Positions 14,705-27,237 of a DNA stretch of 64,000 nt are shown here, in pieces (the first letter of the stretch is position 1; each line of letters opens with the position of its first letter). The position numbers and the translations under genes were made by a program. Origin of the DNA: Octopus vulgaris (Eukaryota); assembly GCA_951406725.2 (NCBI GenBank), contig OX597814.1, forward strand, positions 176,762,001 through 176,826,000, given 5' to 3'. The notes beneath the pieces are model-generated. The model made no database searches, was not told the DNA's origin, and was given only the letters and a program-made list of their open reading frames with translations.

Positions 14705-15003
14705 CATGATGCATGCATGCCCACATACATACATGCATGCATACACACACATACATACATACAACCGCACACACATACATACATGCATACATACATACAT
14801 GCATACATACATACACACACATACATACATACAAACGCACACACACACATACATACATACATACACATACATACACATACATACAAACGCACACACATAC
14901 ATACATGCATACATACATACATACATACATACATACATACAAACAAACGTACACATATACATACATACATACATACATACATACATACATACATACATAC
15001 ATA
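14705..15003. repeat. (CATA)n/(CA)n compound microsatellite
   Basis: Directly visible; source of six spurious ORFs. Confidence 0.95.
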
Positions 15004-15020
15004 AAACGCGCACACATACA

Positions 15021-15691
15021 TGATGGCTGCTCCCTCATTATCGAGTATGGCCATTGCATGAAGCTCAACTGTTATTGGTGCTGTGATCGAATGTGACTTT
15101 TATTTGCTTTTTAAGGCTACAGCCAGCCATTCAGTTGAGACTCACAGCACTATCAACAATCATGAACAATGTTATCAAGCAATGCCTGTGCAAGAAGACT
15201 TTTTTTTAAAGTGAGGAAAGGCTGTGCACTGAATCAATCCCACTCACTAAGCAACAGCAGCCATAATCCGAAAAGAAGAACAAGTCAACATCATTGGTAA
15301 CCACTGAGCCGCAGGTTTTATGTTGGAGTTATCCCAGTTACCTGAGTTACCTTCTAGAAGGATGCCCTAACAAAGGCTAGGAGTCCTTCACTCCCAATGG
15401 TTTAACTGCGTGATCGGGTATTCAGTCCGATTATTTCTGTCCCCGCGCATGATACAGCCTTAAGCCATAAGAAAAAAAAGAACAAAAATTACACTTTTAT
15501 TGGATGGCCGTTGACTCTCAAGAGTTCCTCTGCCCTCTGATGGGTTTTGTTGTTCGTCCCACAGGGTGTCCAATAAACACCCTCCTCACCAAGCAAGCTT
15601 GGTGGTGTTACCGGTTTAGTCGCCGACGGGCCGACCATGCAACAGGTTGTAGTGGGTTACATGTTACCAGTCGCACTCGAAAGTGACCTGA
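15021..15691 (-). mobile_element. GC-richer insert in (CATA)n; probable internally deleted RTE/BovB-like non-autonomous element
   Basis: Bounded by cacatacat on both sides; structured 5' region on minus and an RTE-like end gagcagccatc(atgt)n. Family assignment is from recall only. Confidence 0.45.
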
Positions 15692-17135
15692 CACATACAT
15701 ACATGCATGCATACATACATACAGATAGCAATCTTGAGAAATTAGGCTTCTCAAAACCAGAAAGGAGAAATTTGAGAGAAAGGTCTAATTGATTCTGTGA
15801 ATCCTTGTGCTTGATTGGTACCTATTTTCTTATGAAAGATAAATTGGACCTTGGTGGAAATTCTAACTCGGAGCGTATAGCTGGAAGAAATACCACTAAG
15901 CAGTTTGTCTGGCCTGCTAACAATTCTGCCAGCCCACCACCTCCAAATGGAACAGTAATAATGGCAAGATTTTGTGAAATTGAAACTGTATTTCATCAAA
16001 TAATTTTGGAAGAAAAAATTATATTCTTTATAATTTAAGTTGTTCTTGCTTTAGAAACAAAACTGGCCCGGGTAGTAGTTAAAATATCAATTTCTAACAC
16101 AAGTACTACACCTGAAAATTTGAAAGAAAGCTTAATCATTTAAAAAAAAAAAATTTATTGAACTGTCTGAACTTAGAACACGAAGGGAGATAACTAAATA
16201 CTGCAATTCATTTTGCTCAATACTGATCGATTCTGCCAATCTACCAGACTTAAGTTAAAATATAATCAGAAAAAAAGATAATGGTGAAAGAACTAAATCA
16301 ATAACATCTCATACTTTCTTTTCTTTTGTATCCATTTCATGCAAGCTTAGAGAAGATGCTTTTTGTTGCCCAATTAGATGCTCTTTTTGTCAGTGACATA
16401 TATAAATTGGGAAGTAGGAGTGGAAGATGTTGTTTGTTAGACAAACTGAAGCAAGCAGAGTTATGTGTTTTATCTAGGTGTGCAATACAATGGCCCTGGT
16501 TTCAAGGTTTGATCTCATGACTCACAGTCTTTGGCCTTTAGAAAATTAATAAAGAAAATTCATAAACATGGAGTTTCTATGTGGCTGCTCAACCTGCTAG
16601 AAATACCAACCCAGCCTAAATTTCTTCATAATAATAATAATAATAATAATAATAAACATTGTGTACAGTGCTCTTCTGATATTTTGAGTTAATCCCTCCT
16701 TTTCTCTTTAGTGAAACCCTAGGACTCACAAGGTCAGAGTATCCATGCTTTATAAATGACTGAGATTAAAACACTTACCCTTGAATGGGATGCTAGTCCA
16801 TCACAGGGTTAACTTTCCCGCTGTTGCTAGAACTCATACACAACTGAGTTGGCTGGAGCAGCATGAAGTGTTTAGCTTGAGAACACAATCCATCACCTGG
16901 ACTGGGAATCCAAACCGTAACCGTAAGATCACAAAGGTGACATCCTAACCTCTAGGCTATGCTGTTTCACAAATACTTCTTTACATAGGTTTTGAAGAAC
17001 AAGAGAGAGGAGACAAAGAATTTGACATGCAAATGGAATGGATACATTATTTATATCTTTCTCACTTATTCTTAAAATCCTTCGTGAAGGAGTAGTTAAT
17101 ATGAAATATCAGAAAATCAGGATTGTCTGCTTTAA

Positions 17136-17441
17136 CCCCTTACCCGGCAGAAACGAATATATGCATTTTGACCGAAATCGTTTTTTTCTATCTCTGGCGA
17201 GTTAACTCGTCAAAAGATAGACTCGCCAAAATCGACAGCAAACGAGTTCCTTCGTCTAAAAACGGGTTAACTCGTTTCTGCCCAAAGCGGTAATTTAAAA
17301 TCAATATTATTGAATTAAAATTCATAATAAATAAGGTTTGAAATATACCTCGAAATCACCATTCAAAACATAGTAAAATAAAACAATTAAAAAATGTCTG
17401 AAAAAATACATTTATTTTCAAAATAATTGTTGGGTAAGGGG
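17136..17441. mobile_element. piggyBac-type MITE (about 306 bp)
   Basis: TTAA on both sides (17132-35, 17442-45); TIR CCCCTTACCC..CA / TG..GGGTAAGGGG. Confidence 0.88.
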
Positions 17442-17896
17442 TTAAGAAAGAATTGGAAAGGAGATGTTATATAAAGTAATAAAAATAACTATACCTGAAG
17501 TCATATAAAGTAATAAAGATATTACTTTATTATAAAGATATAGTAATAAAGATAATAAAGTAATACAGTAATAAGATAAAGTAATAAAGATAATAAAGAT
17601 GATAAAGTATATAAAGTAATAAAGATAACTATACCTGAAAAAAAAAGAAGAAAATGAAAATGGGATGGTCATAGCTGGAAAACTTTTGATGATAGCTCAG
17701 CTTGATCAGGGTTGAACAACAACAACAACAACAACAACAGCCACTACCAAGGCCATCGCCACCACCACTTCCTGAACACTGGGGGGGGGGGTATAATTAA
17801 CTTAGCCCCTACCCCAAAACTGCTGGCCTACTGCCAAAATTTGAAACCAGTATTATACAAAGTTAGTCTTGTAGATTTGCTTTTCTTTTTAGGATA

Positions 17897-18483
17897 GTAT
17901 CTTTTACATGTTTCAGCTATTGGACTGTGGCCATGCTGGGATATTGCCTTGAAAGGTTTTTACTTGAATGAATCAATCCCCAGTACTTTTTTTTATGAAG
18001 CCTGGTACTTATTCTATCAGTGTCTTTTTGCTGAACCACCAAGTTATAGTGATGTAAACAAACCAACATTGGTTGTCATTTGGTTGTAGGAGATAAACAT
18101 AAACATAAAGACACACACACACATGCTGGGCTTCCCTCAGTTTCTTATTTCTTTATTGCCCACAAGAGGCTAAACATAGAGGGGACAAACAAGGACAGAC
18201 AAAGGGATTAAGTCGATTACATCAATCCCAGTGCATAACTGGTACTTATTTAATCGACCCCGAAAGGATGAAAGGCTAAGTCGACCTCAGTGGAATTTTG
18301 AACTCAGAACGTAGCAGCAGATGAAATACCGCTAAGCATTTCGCCCATCTACCAAATTCACTCACAAGGCTTTATTTGGCTGGAGGTTATAGTAGAAGAT
18401 ATTTATACAAGGTGCTACACAATGGAACTGAACTTGAAATCATATGGTCAGGATGAAAACTTCTTATCACACAGCCATGCCTG
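17897..18483 (-). mobile_element. SINE family A carrying a nested, 5'-truncated family B SINE (18145-18345)
   Basis: Host sequence cagtttc|catctaccaaat is split by the family B copy. Confidence 0.8.
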
Positions 18484-18675
18484 CAGTATGATGTGGTCTA
18501 AAGAAAATTTGGTTGCTATTTGTAGCAATTTGGGTGACCACATACAGACTCTCTTGTTAGCTTGTGTTATATTTGGTTTGGGATAGAGATGGCATTTAAT
18601 CTCTTATGTAACAAAAATGTGATTGTTTGGGAATAATTTTCCACTTTATTTTATTCCTTTATATATATGTATATG

Positions 18676-18722
<47 letters not shown>

Positions 18723-18803
18723 TAAAAAATGGTAAACATTAATCTTTCTTGTAGAGAGATGCTTTCATGCATTTCAATTAATTTTCAAAAATAATCTAGA
18801 AAT

Positions 18804-19140
18804 TACGGAGATATACTTGCATAGCAAGTGACCTTATCTAAGATCATGTGCTGGAGCGAAAACAATTGCAGTGTGGAAGGTGTTTATAAGCCATTTAAGA
18901 AACACACAAAATCCGTTCGATTCACTTCAACATTTAAATTTAATTTGTCAAAATATTTTTGCAACTTTGCTGCCTGTTTACTGACAAAATTCCATGCTGC
19001 AGCACAGAATTTTGTCAGTGAACAGGTCACAGTCTCAAAGCTATGAAAATATTTTGACAAATTAAATTTAAATGTTGAAGTGAATCTAACGGTTTTTGTG
19101 TGTTTCTTAAATGGCTTATAAACACCTTCCACGCTGCAAT
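18804..19140. mobile_element. Spacer-less palindromic insertion (arms 18865-18999 / 19000-19140) with 11-bp TSD aatctagaaat; probable PLE
   Basis: Centre tgctg|cagca; TSD at 18793-18803 and 19138-19148; a single-arm homologue lies at 26205-26404. Confidence 0.75.
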
Positions 19141-19640
19141 CTAGAAATCGTTTGGAATGTAACAAAGGAATGGTCATCAGTAAAATTACGATAGAAGGCC
19201 TTAACTTAAATGACGATAATGATGGTGATGATGATGATGAGAAGGAGGAGGAGGAAGATGAGAATGACAATCGCAATGATGATGATCAGTGCCACCACCA
19301 CCATCACCACCACCATCACCACCACCTAGAAATGGGTGAGAGTTGGTAACAAGAAGGCCATCTGACCATAGAAAATTCGCTGCTTCAACAGATTCTGTCC
19401 AACCCATGTGAGTATGGAAAAGTGGGTACTAAAATGATGACGACGATGATGGTATACATAAAGACTTAGTTCTTCATTCTTTTCAAATTAGCAGTAATAT
19501 GAGGTTGTGACATTGATGCCTTTCCCAAGGATATTGGTCATGAAAGCAAAACAGTCACCATCTAGGAATTGTGGTTAGTGCATAATTCAACCATCACACA
19601 TAGCTGTCTTATCTTATACAGAATGTCATGTAACACTACA

Positions 19641-19675
<35 letters not shown>

Positions 19676-20007
19676 TATATTTTAACAAAACTGTCCGACA
19701 AACGGGAACATGAAACTCTGAGTAACACCTTTTGTTATATTTCTGATTTCTGGTGTTTTATATAAAGCATATTACTCCACCTCTGGTATTTGAGTACTTT
19801 TTTTCCACCTTGTTTCACATTTACATGCTTACTCTGGTATATATATATATATATATATAATTATTGTGGTATCTTGTTTCATGATGTCAGGCTTCAAGTT
19901 CGAACATAACGTATAAGATGACTGGATGTGGCTGTTTTGGCAGTGACAATTTAGCATGGTGACAGTATGTTTTGGCACTGGAGGCAAACCCATACATACA
20001 CAACATA

Positions 20008-20071
<64 letters not shown>

Positions 20072-20273
20072 CAGAAATATACACATACAGTTGAAGAAGA
20101 GAGGAGAGAGAAATGGAGAGGGAAAGAGAGAGAGAAAGAGAGAGCAGAAGAGAAAGAGAAAGAGAAATAACATGAGAGAAAGAGAGGGAAAGAATAAGAG
20201 AAACATTAAAACATTTGGTGTCAACTAAGTCAGCATTGAATCAGTGATGGCAAATAGGCAGTGCCAAAATGGC

Positions 20274-20676
20274 AGGCGCAGGAGTGGCTCTGGGTTCAGT
20301 CCCACTGTATGGCACCTTGGGCAAGTGTCTTCTACTATAGCCTCAGGCTGACCAAAGTCTTGTGAGTGGATTTGGTAGATGGAAACTAAAAGAAGCCCGT
20401 CGTATATATGCATATATATATATATGTATGTATGTATGTATGTATATATGTATGTGTGTGTATATGTTTGTGTGTCTGTGTTTGTCCCTCCAGTATCACT
20501 TGACAACCGATGCTGGTGTGTTTACATCCCTGTAACTTAGTGGTTTGGCAAAAGAGACCGATAGAATAAATACTAGGCTTACAAAGAATAAGACCTGGGG
20601 TCAATTTGCTCGACTAAAGGCAGTGCTCCAGCATGGCCGCAGTCAAATGACTGAAACGAGTAAAAGAGTAAAAGAG
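20274..20676 (+). mobile_element. SINE family A with TSD-like agtgccaaaat flanks
   Basis: Homology to 1889-2283; agtgccaaaatg occurs before the head and after the tail. Confidence 0.85.
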
Positions 20677-21179
20677 TGCCAAAATGACTCGTGCCCCAAA
20701 TTTAGATTAACCTTCATTTAGTATCAGTTATGTACAAATGTCTATTCAAATATTACCTTAAATTAAATAAATTAAACCTGAGAAATATTACACAATCACT
20801 ATTTTCACTATTTTGTGTTTCACTCTGAGAATATGATAAAAGTAAAGTATGGCAATGTTAAATTTTATTTGTTGCTTTTGTTATTTTGTTACAGTTTCTC
20901 TCCTGGGAAATAAAGAAAATCTTTGTCTATTGAGGATGTATCAAGACTGGAACAAGACTGAAGCATGTAGATATGTATAGCAGAACCATCCAACATATGT
21001 CAGTATGGAAAAACAAGCAAGAACATTTTAAAGATGATGATAGTGATGGCTGGTGTACTAGGCATAAATATGTTATCTTAAAAATCAAAGTGTACTGCAT
21101 TATAGCTCCATTACAGGCAGTCTTACCAGTTGGTTTTGAACTGGAAATTAGGTGATCACATGACTATCTAATAATTACA

Positions 21180-21598
21180 ATCCTCCGTCGCCTTACTGGC
21201 ACTTGTGCCTGTGCTAGTAGGGTGCCAAGAGCGCCATCTGAGTGTGATCATTGCCAGAGTGGCTAACTGGCTTCCGTGTTGGTGGCACGTAAAAAGCACC
21301 ATTCGAGCGTGATCGTTACCAGCGTCACCTTACTGGCACCTGTGCTGGTGGCATGTGTAAAAAGATTCGAGTGAGTTCATTGCCAGTACCACCTGAATGG
21401 CCCCTGTGCCGGTGGCACATAAAAAACACCCACTACACTCACGGGGTGGTTGGTGTTAGGAAGGGCATCCAGCTGTATAAACTCTGCCAGATCAAGATTG
21501 GAGCCAGATGCAGCCATCTGGTTCACCAGTCCTCAGTCAAAATCGTCCAACCCATGCTAGCATGGAAAGTGGACATTAAACGATGATGATGATGATGA
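21180..21598 (+). mobile_element. RTE 3' UTR copy
   Basis: ggcacgtaaaaagcacc units and (GAT)n tail. Confidence 0.8.
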
Positions 21599-22011
21599 TA
21601 GATAGCAGGTATGGGAAAAATGGTGCCTGTTCTCTTAGATTTGGGATATAATATTTCACCTATACTTATATTGGTCTTAGTCATTTGATTGTGACCATGC
21701 TTGAACACTGCTTCTAAAGGGTTTTCTTAATTATATCAACATTAATATTTTATCTGCTATTTATTTTATTTACTCATGTGATTTATATCCCACAACACAA
21801 ATCTTTAGGCAAGTATCTTCTATCATAGCTTTCCAGTTAACCAAAGGTGTGAGTATGAAGCGTAATGGCTGTGAAATAAAGTGCAGCACTATTGACTATT
21901 ACACCTGTTAATAAATTTATAGTATTTTGTTGTACTATGAGTAAGATATCCCATTCAACTTGATCCAATTTGCATCACAAAATCACTTCTTCTAAAAACA
22001 AAATTGGTTCT

Positions 22012-22253
22012 TATCTCACTCCAAGGTTCCTGTCTCACTCCAAGTTTCCTGTCTCATTTCAAGGTTCCTGTCTCACTTCAAGGTTCCTGTCTCACTTCAA
22101 GGTTCCTGTCTCACTTCAAGGTTCCTGTCTCACTTCAAGGTTCCTGTCTTACTTCAAGGTTCCTGTCTCACTCCAAGGTTCCTGTCTCACTTCAAGGTTC
22201 CTGTCTCACTCCAAGGTTCCCGTCTCACTCCAAGGTTCCTGTCTCACTTCAAG
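22012..22253. repeat. 19-bp minisatellite (caaggttcctgtctcactY), about 12-13 copies
   Basis: Directly visible; produces ORFs 21970..22356 and 22004..22264. Confidence 0.95.
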
Positions 22254-22789
22254 AACAGTTATAGTAGAATGTACAGCCAATTATAAATACAATTATAAAT
22301 CCACCTACACAGGATGGGATGGCCAGAGCAACGGAAATATGGAAGTAAGAATGTAAAAGTATAAAATAAAGCAAAAATAGAAGCATGTAATGTTTACATT
22401 TTATTTGATAAAAATATAACAACAAAATCAAACCTCGAATAATAATTATATTAAAATTCATCCTTAAAACTGTAAATTTCTGGAATTCCAACAACTGAAG
22501 TTTAACTTGATTAAATTCACTCAGTGATTCACATTGTGCAATCTAAGAGGGACTAAGGGTTTTTTTTTAGACTAATGAATAATAAGGTTTTCTTATATTA
22601 GCACAAACTTGCATATCTGAAAAGCAAAAATAGTAAATAAAATTGATCTTTAATCTGTACATTCTTTGTATTTATTTGATCAACTTTTGTAGTATTTGAA
22701 CTCAAGATATTTGGGGAAAAAACTAGAATATTGTCTGTCATTTAGTCAAAACACTGTTTCATTCAATCTATTAGCTTTTGTGACAAATG

Positions 22790-23720
22790 TATAATTAAAA
22801 TATCCTTCAACAGGGACTTAACACGCTTATTTCCTTAATGACACAGACACAATCACTGCACATTTCCAGGAAACAATATTCTATCTATCTCACCCTCTTC
22901 AATCATGACCAACATGCAGTTAAATCCCTCAAAGTTTCTACAAACCTTAGGCTTCATAATAATGAAAATCTCTTATGCATAATAGTAAAACTGGTGTCCC
23001 AAAGACTATCTTTACTCTTTAGAGTCATAAATTACTCCAGCCCTGAATTATTGTTGATGTTTTAGAAAGCTTATGTGAAACCCACAATGGAATACTACAT
23101 CCACATATAGAATGGTGGTGGTGGTGGTGGTGGTGGTTGTGGTTTTGGTGCTGCTGCTGCTACAAACTAAAGCAACATAGAGTGTCTCCAAAATAAAAGC
23201 CATCCAACTGATAGGCAAGGACTCTCACACTAGCCTTTAACCAACAGATGTGCTGTCTCTACTACTTGCTTCTGCTGCTGCTGTTGCCTGCTCCTTAGAA
23301 TCAGTACATAAAACAACCACCCATTCAGGGCTGTCTTAGGGAACTGACACACTGGATACTTGCCCCAAGGGTCTCATAGATTTAGGGATCCAGTTCTTTT
23401 TTATGTATGTTGTGGCTTGCTGACAGTAAATAAATAATATAGGACTCATAATAATGGAAATATCTTATGCATAATAGTAAAACCAGTGTCCCAAAGGCTA
23501 TCTCTCTTTAAAGTCATAAATTACTCCAGCAATTTATGACTTGATTTGCCCTGAGACCTATAATGTTGCCAAGCCTACCCAGCACCCATCGAATGTTACT
23601 TCCAAGCTTTAACCTCTTTGCTCAATCCTACCTCCTCTTGAATGTCAACTACCACCTGTCCCCTTCAACAACCAGTACTATAGACACTTGCAACAATTCA
23701 AGCTGAACATTAACTTTGAA
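22790..23720 (+). mobile_element. Old CR1/L2-group LINE ORF2 C-terminal relic, with an internal direct duplication of about 85 bp (22954-23041 / 23447-23530)
   Basis: Reads SQRLSLLFRV..SPELLLMF*KAYVKPTMEYYIHI*NG, resembling the YK..VRP.LEYC..IW motif. Confidence 0.55.
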
Positions 23721-23934
23721 AGTGTCACAAGTTTTGGAGGGCTTGCAAAGATCATAGACTTCTTCTTGATTAAAAGCATATTAATATAATTTCTAAGCTC
23801 AAATGATCAACATAAGCACATCGTTCAGACTGACAGGAAAAAGCTACAAGTTACTAATTATAACTTTTACATAACAATAGCAACTTTTGGAGTCAGTTGT
23901 TTTCTGAGACGAATAACTGAATGTTGATTTAGGT

Positions 23935-25863
23935 CATCACATATAACCAGTACAAGGCTATACATATTGCTATTACAAGGTCACACATATTGCCAGTACA
24001 AGGTCACACATATTGCTAGTACAAGGTCACACATATTGCTAGTACAAGGCCACACATATTGCTAATACAAGGTCACACATATTGCTAGTACAAGGCCACA
24101 CATATTGCTAGTACAAGGTCATCACATATTGCCAGTACAAGGACACACATATTGCTAGTACAAGGTCACACATATTGCTAGTACAAGGCCACACATATTG
24201 CCAGTACAAGGACACACATATTGCTAGTACAAGGTCACACATATTGCTAGTACAAGGTCACACATATTGCTAGTACAAGGTCACACATATTGTCAGTACA
24301 AGGCCACATATTGCTAGTACAAGGTCGCACATATTGCCAGTACAAGGCCACACATATTGCTAGTACAAGGCCACACATATTGCTAGTACAAGGTCACACA
24401 TATTGCTAGTACAAGGTCACACATATTGCCAGTACAAGGACACACATATTGCTAGTACAAGGTCACACATATTGCTAGTACAAGGACACACATATTGCTA
24501 ATACAAGGTCACACATATTGCTAGTACAAGGCCACACATATTGCTAGTACAAGGTCACACATATTGCTAGTACAAGGTCACACATATTGCTTGTACAAGG
24601 TCACACATATTGTCAAGGTCACACATATTGTAGTACAAGGCCACACATATTGTCAGTACAAGGTCACACATATTGCTAGTACAAGGTCACACATATTGCT
24701 AGTACAAGGTCACACATATTGTCAGTACAAGGCCACATATTGCTAGTACAAGGTCGCACATATTGCCAGTACAAGGTCACACATATTGCTAGTACAAGGC
24801 CACACATATTGCTAGTACAAGGTCACACATATTGCTAGTACAAGGCCACACATATTGCTAGTACAAGGTCACACATATTGCTAGTACAAGGTCACACATA
24901 TTGCCAGTACAAGGACACACATATTGCTAGTACAAGGTCACACATATTGCTAGTACAAGGACACACATATTGCTAGTACAAGGTCACACATATTGCTAGT
25001 ACAAGGCCACACATATTGCTAGTACAAGGTCACACATATTGCTAGTACAAGGTCACACATATTGCTAGTACAAGGTCACACATATTGTCAGTACAAGGCC
25101 ACACATATTGTCAGTACAAGGTCACACATATTGCTAGTACAAGGTCACACATATTGCTAGTACAAGGTCACACATATTGTCAGTACAAGGCCACATATTG
25201 CTAGTACAAGGTCACACATATTGCTAGTACAAGGTCACACATATTGCTAGTACAAGGTCACACATATTGCCAGTACAAGGTCACACATATTGCTAGTACA
25301 AGGTCACACATATTGCTAGTACAAGGTCACACATATTGCCAGTACAAGGACACACATATTGCTAGTACAAGGTCACACATATTGCTAGTACAAGGACACA
25401 CATATTGCTAGTACAAGGTCACACATATTGCTAGTACAAGGCCACACATATTGCTAGTACAAGGTCACACATATTGCTAGTACAAGGTCACACATATTGC
25501 TTGTACAAGGTCACACATATTGTCAGTACAAGGCCACACATATTGTCAGTACAAGGTCACACATATTGCTAGTACAAGGTCACACATATTGCTAGTACAA
25601 GGTCACACATATTGCTAGTACAAGGCCACACATATTGCTAGTACAAGGTCACACATATTGCTAGTACAAGGTTACACATATTGCTAGAATAAGGTCACAC
25701 ATATTGCCTTTACAAGGTCACACATATTGCTAGTACAAGGCCACACATATTGCTAGTACAAGGTCACACATATTGCTAGTACAAGGTCACACATATTGCT
25801 AGTACAAGGCCACACATATTGCTTGTACAAGGTCACACATATTGCTAATACAAAGCCACACAT
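23935..25863. repeat. 23-bp minisatellite (gtacaaggtcacacatattgcta), about 83 copies over 1.9 kb
   Basis: Directly visible, with recurring variant units. Confidence 0.97.
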
Positions 25864-25949
25864 TTGAGATGGACAGTCAATTAAATTGATTATCTCTCCG
25901 TAATACATACTGACCAACCTTGGTGGGATTTGAACTCCAGATGTCATCT

Positions 25950-26770
25950 TTTGTCTTTTATTTTGTATCTTTTACTTGTTTCAGTCATCAGACTGTGACC
26001 ATGCTGGAGCACCACACAGAATTTTTAGTTGAACGAATGCATCGATCCTAGTACTTCTTTTTCAAACCTAGTACTTATTCTATAGGTATCTTTGCCAAAC
26101 TGCTAAGTTACAGGGATGCAAATGCACCAATATTGGTTGTCAAGTGGTAGGGGTGGGGACAAACACAGACACACACACATTTACATATATACATATATAT
26201 ATATTACAGAGATGTACTTGCATAGCAAGTGACCTGATCTGAGATCGTGTGCAGAAACAAAAACAATTGCAGAATAGGTGTTTATAAGCCATTTAAAACA
26301 CACACAAAAACCGTTAGATTTACTTCAACATTTAAATTTAATTTGCCAAAATATTTTCATCGCTTTGAGACCGCGACCTGTTCACTGACAAAATTCCATG
26401 CTGCTTATGTATATAGAAATAGATATACAATGGGCTTCTTTCAGTTTCTTATTTCTTTATTGCCCACAAGGGGCTAAACATAGAGGGGACAAACAAGGAC
26501 AGACAAAAGGGTTAAGTCGATTACATTGACCCCAGTGCGTAACTGGTACTTAATTTATCGACCCCAAAAGGATGAAAGGCAAAGTCAACCCCGGCGGAAT
26601 TTGAACTCAGAACGTAATGGCAGACAAAAGACCACTAAGCATTTCGCCCGGTGTGCTAACGTTTCTGCCAGCTCGTCGCCTTTTTTCAGTTTCTCTCTAC
26701 CAAATCCACTCGCAGGGCTTCAGTTGGCCCAAGACTATAATAGAAAACACTTGTCCAAGGTGCCATGCAG
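25950..26770 (-). mobile_element. SINE family A with two nested inserts: PLE-like fragment 26205-26404 and family B SINE 26450-26683
   Basis: Host halves flank the inserts; TSD tttcagtttct at 26439-49 and 26684-94. Confidence 0.8.
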
Positions 26771-27237
26771 GGGACAAAATGAAAATGCTGTTTATGTCAT
26801 CCAACTCTTCCCTTTGTGACAAATGAACGACCAACATATGAGTTTCCTCATGGTCTCTTAACAGTTGTTTAGCAACCAGATCTCTCTCAGATCTAATAAT
26901 TTATCTCTAATGTCTTAAACAAGTTAGAATACATTGGGTGATGTAGTCCCAGATACTCCTAAAAAAAGAGTAGGATGGTTATGGCTGGAATACTTCTTAT
27001 CATAGGTGTGTCCATTCAAAGTTGGTGTAGGCTCAAACTGATGAATAATAAACAAAAAATTCCAAACATAACGATATATTTTTCTGACAGTCACAAAGAA
27101 GGTGTGTTCTTGTTTGTTCCTTTGAAATCACATTATTACACTGGGAATAACTTTGACATAGTTATTTTCTATTACTGCCAACTTACTATTACAAACCTAC
27201 ATCAATGATTTAATTTCCTTAAATAAAATGAATATAT

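Noticed and set aside
14640-15096. Six overlapping YIHT/MYVC-repeat ORFs
   Set aside because: Artefacts of the (CATA)n microsatellite.
21970-22356. Repeat protein ORF (SLQGSCLTSRFLSHFKVPV)n
   Set aside because: A stop-free 19-bp minisatellite with no splice or codon support.
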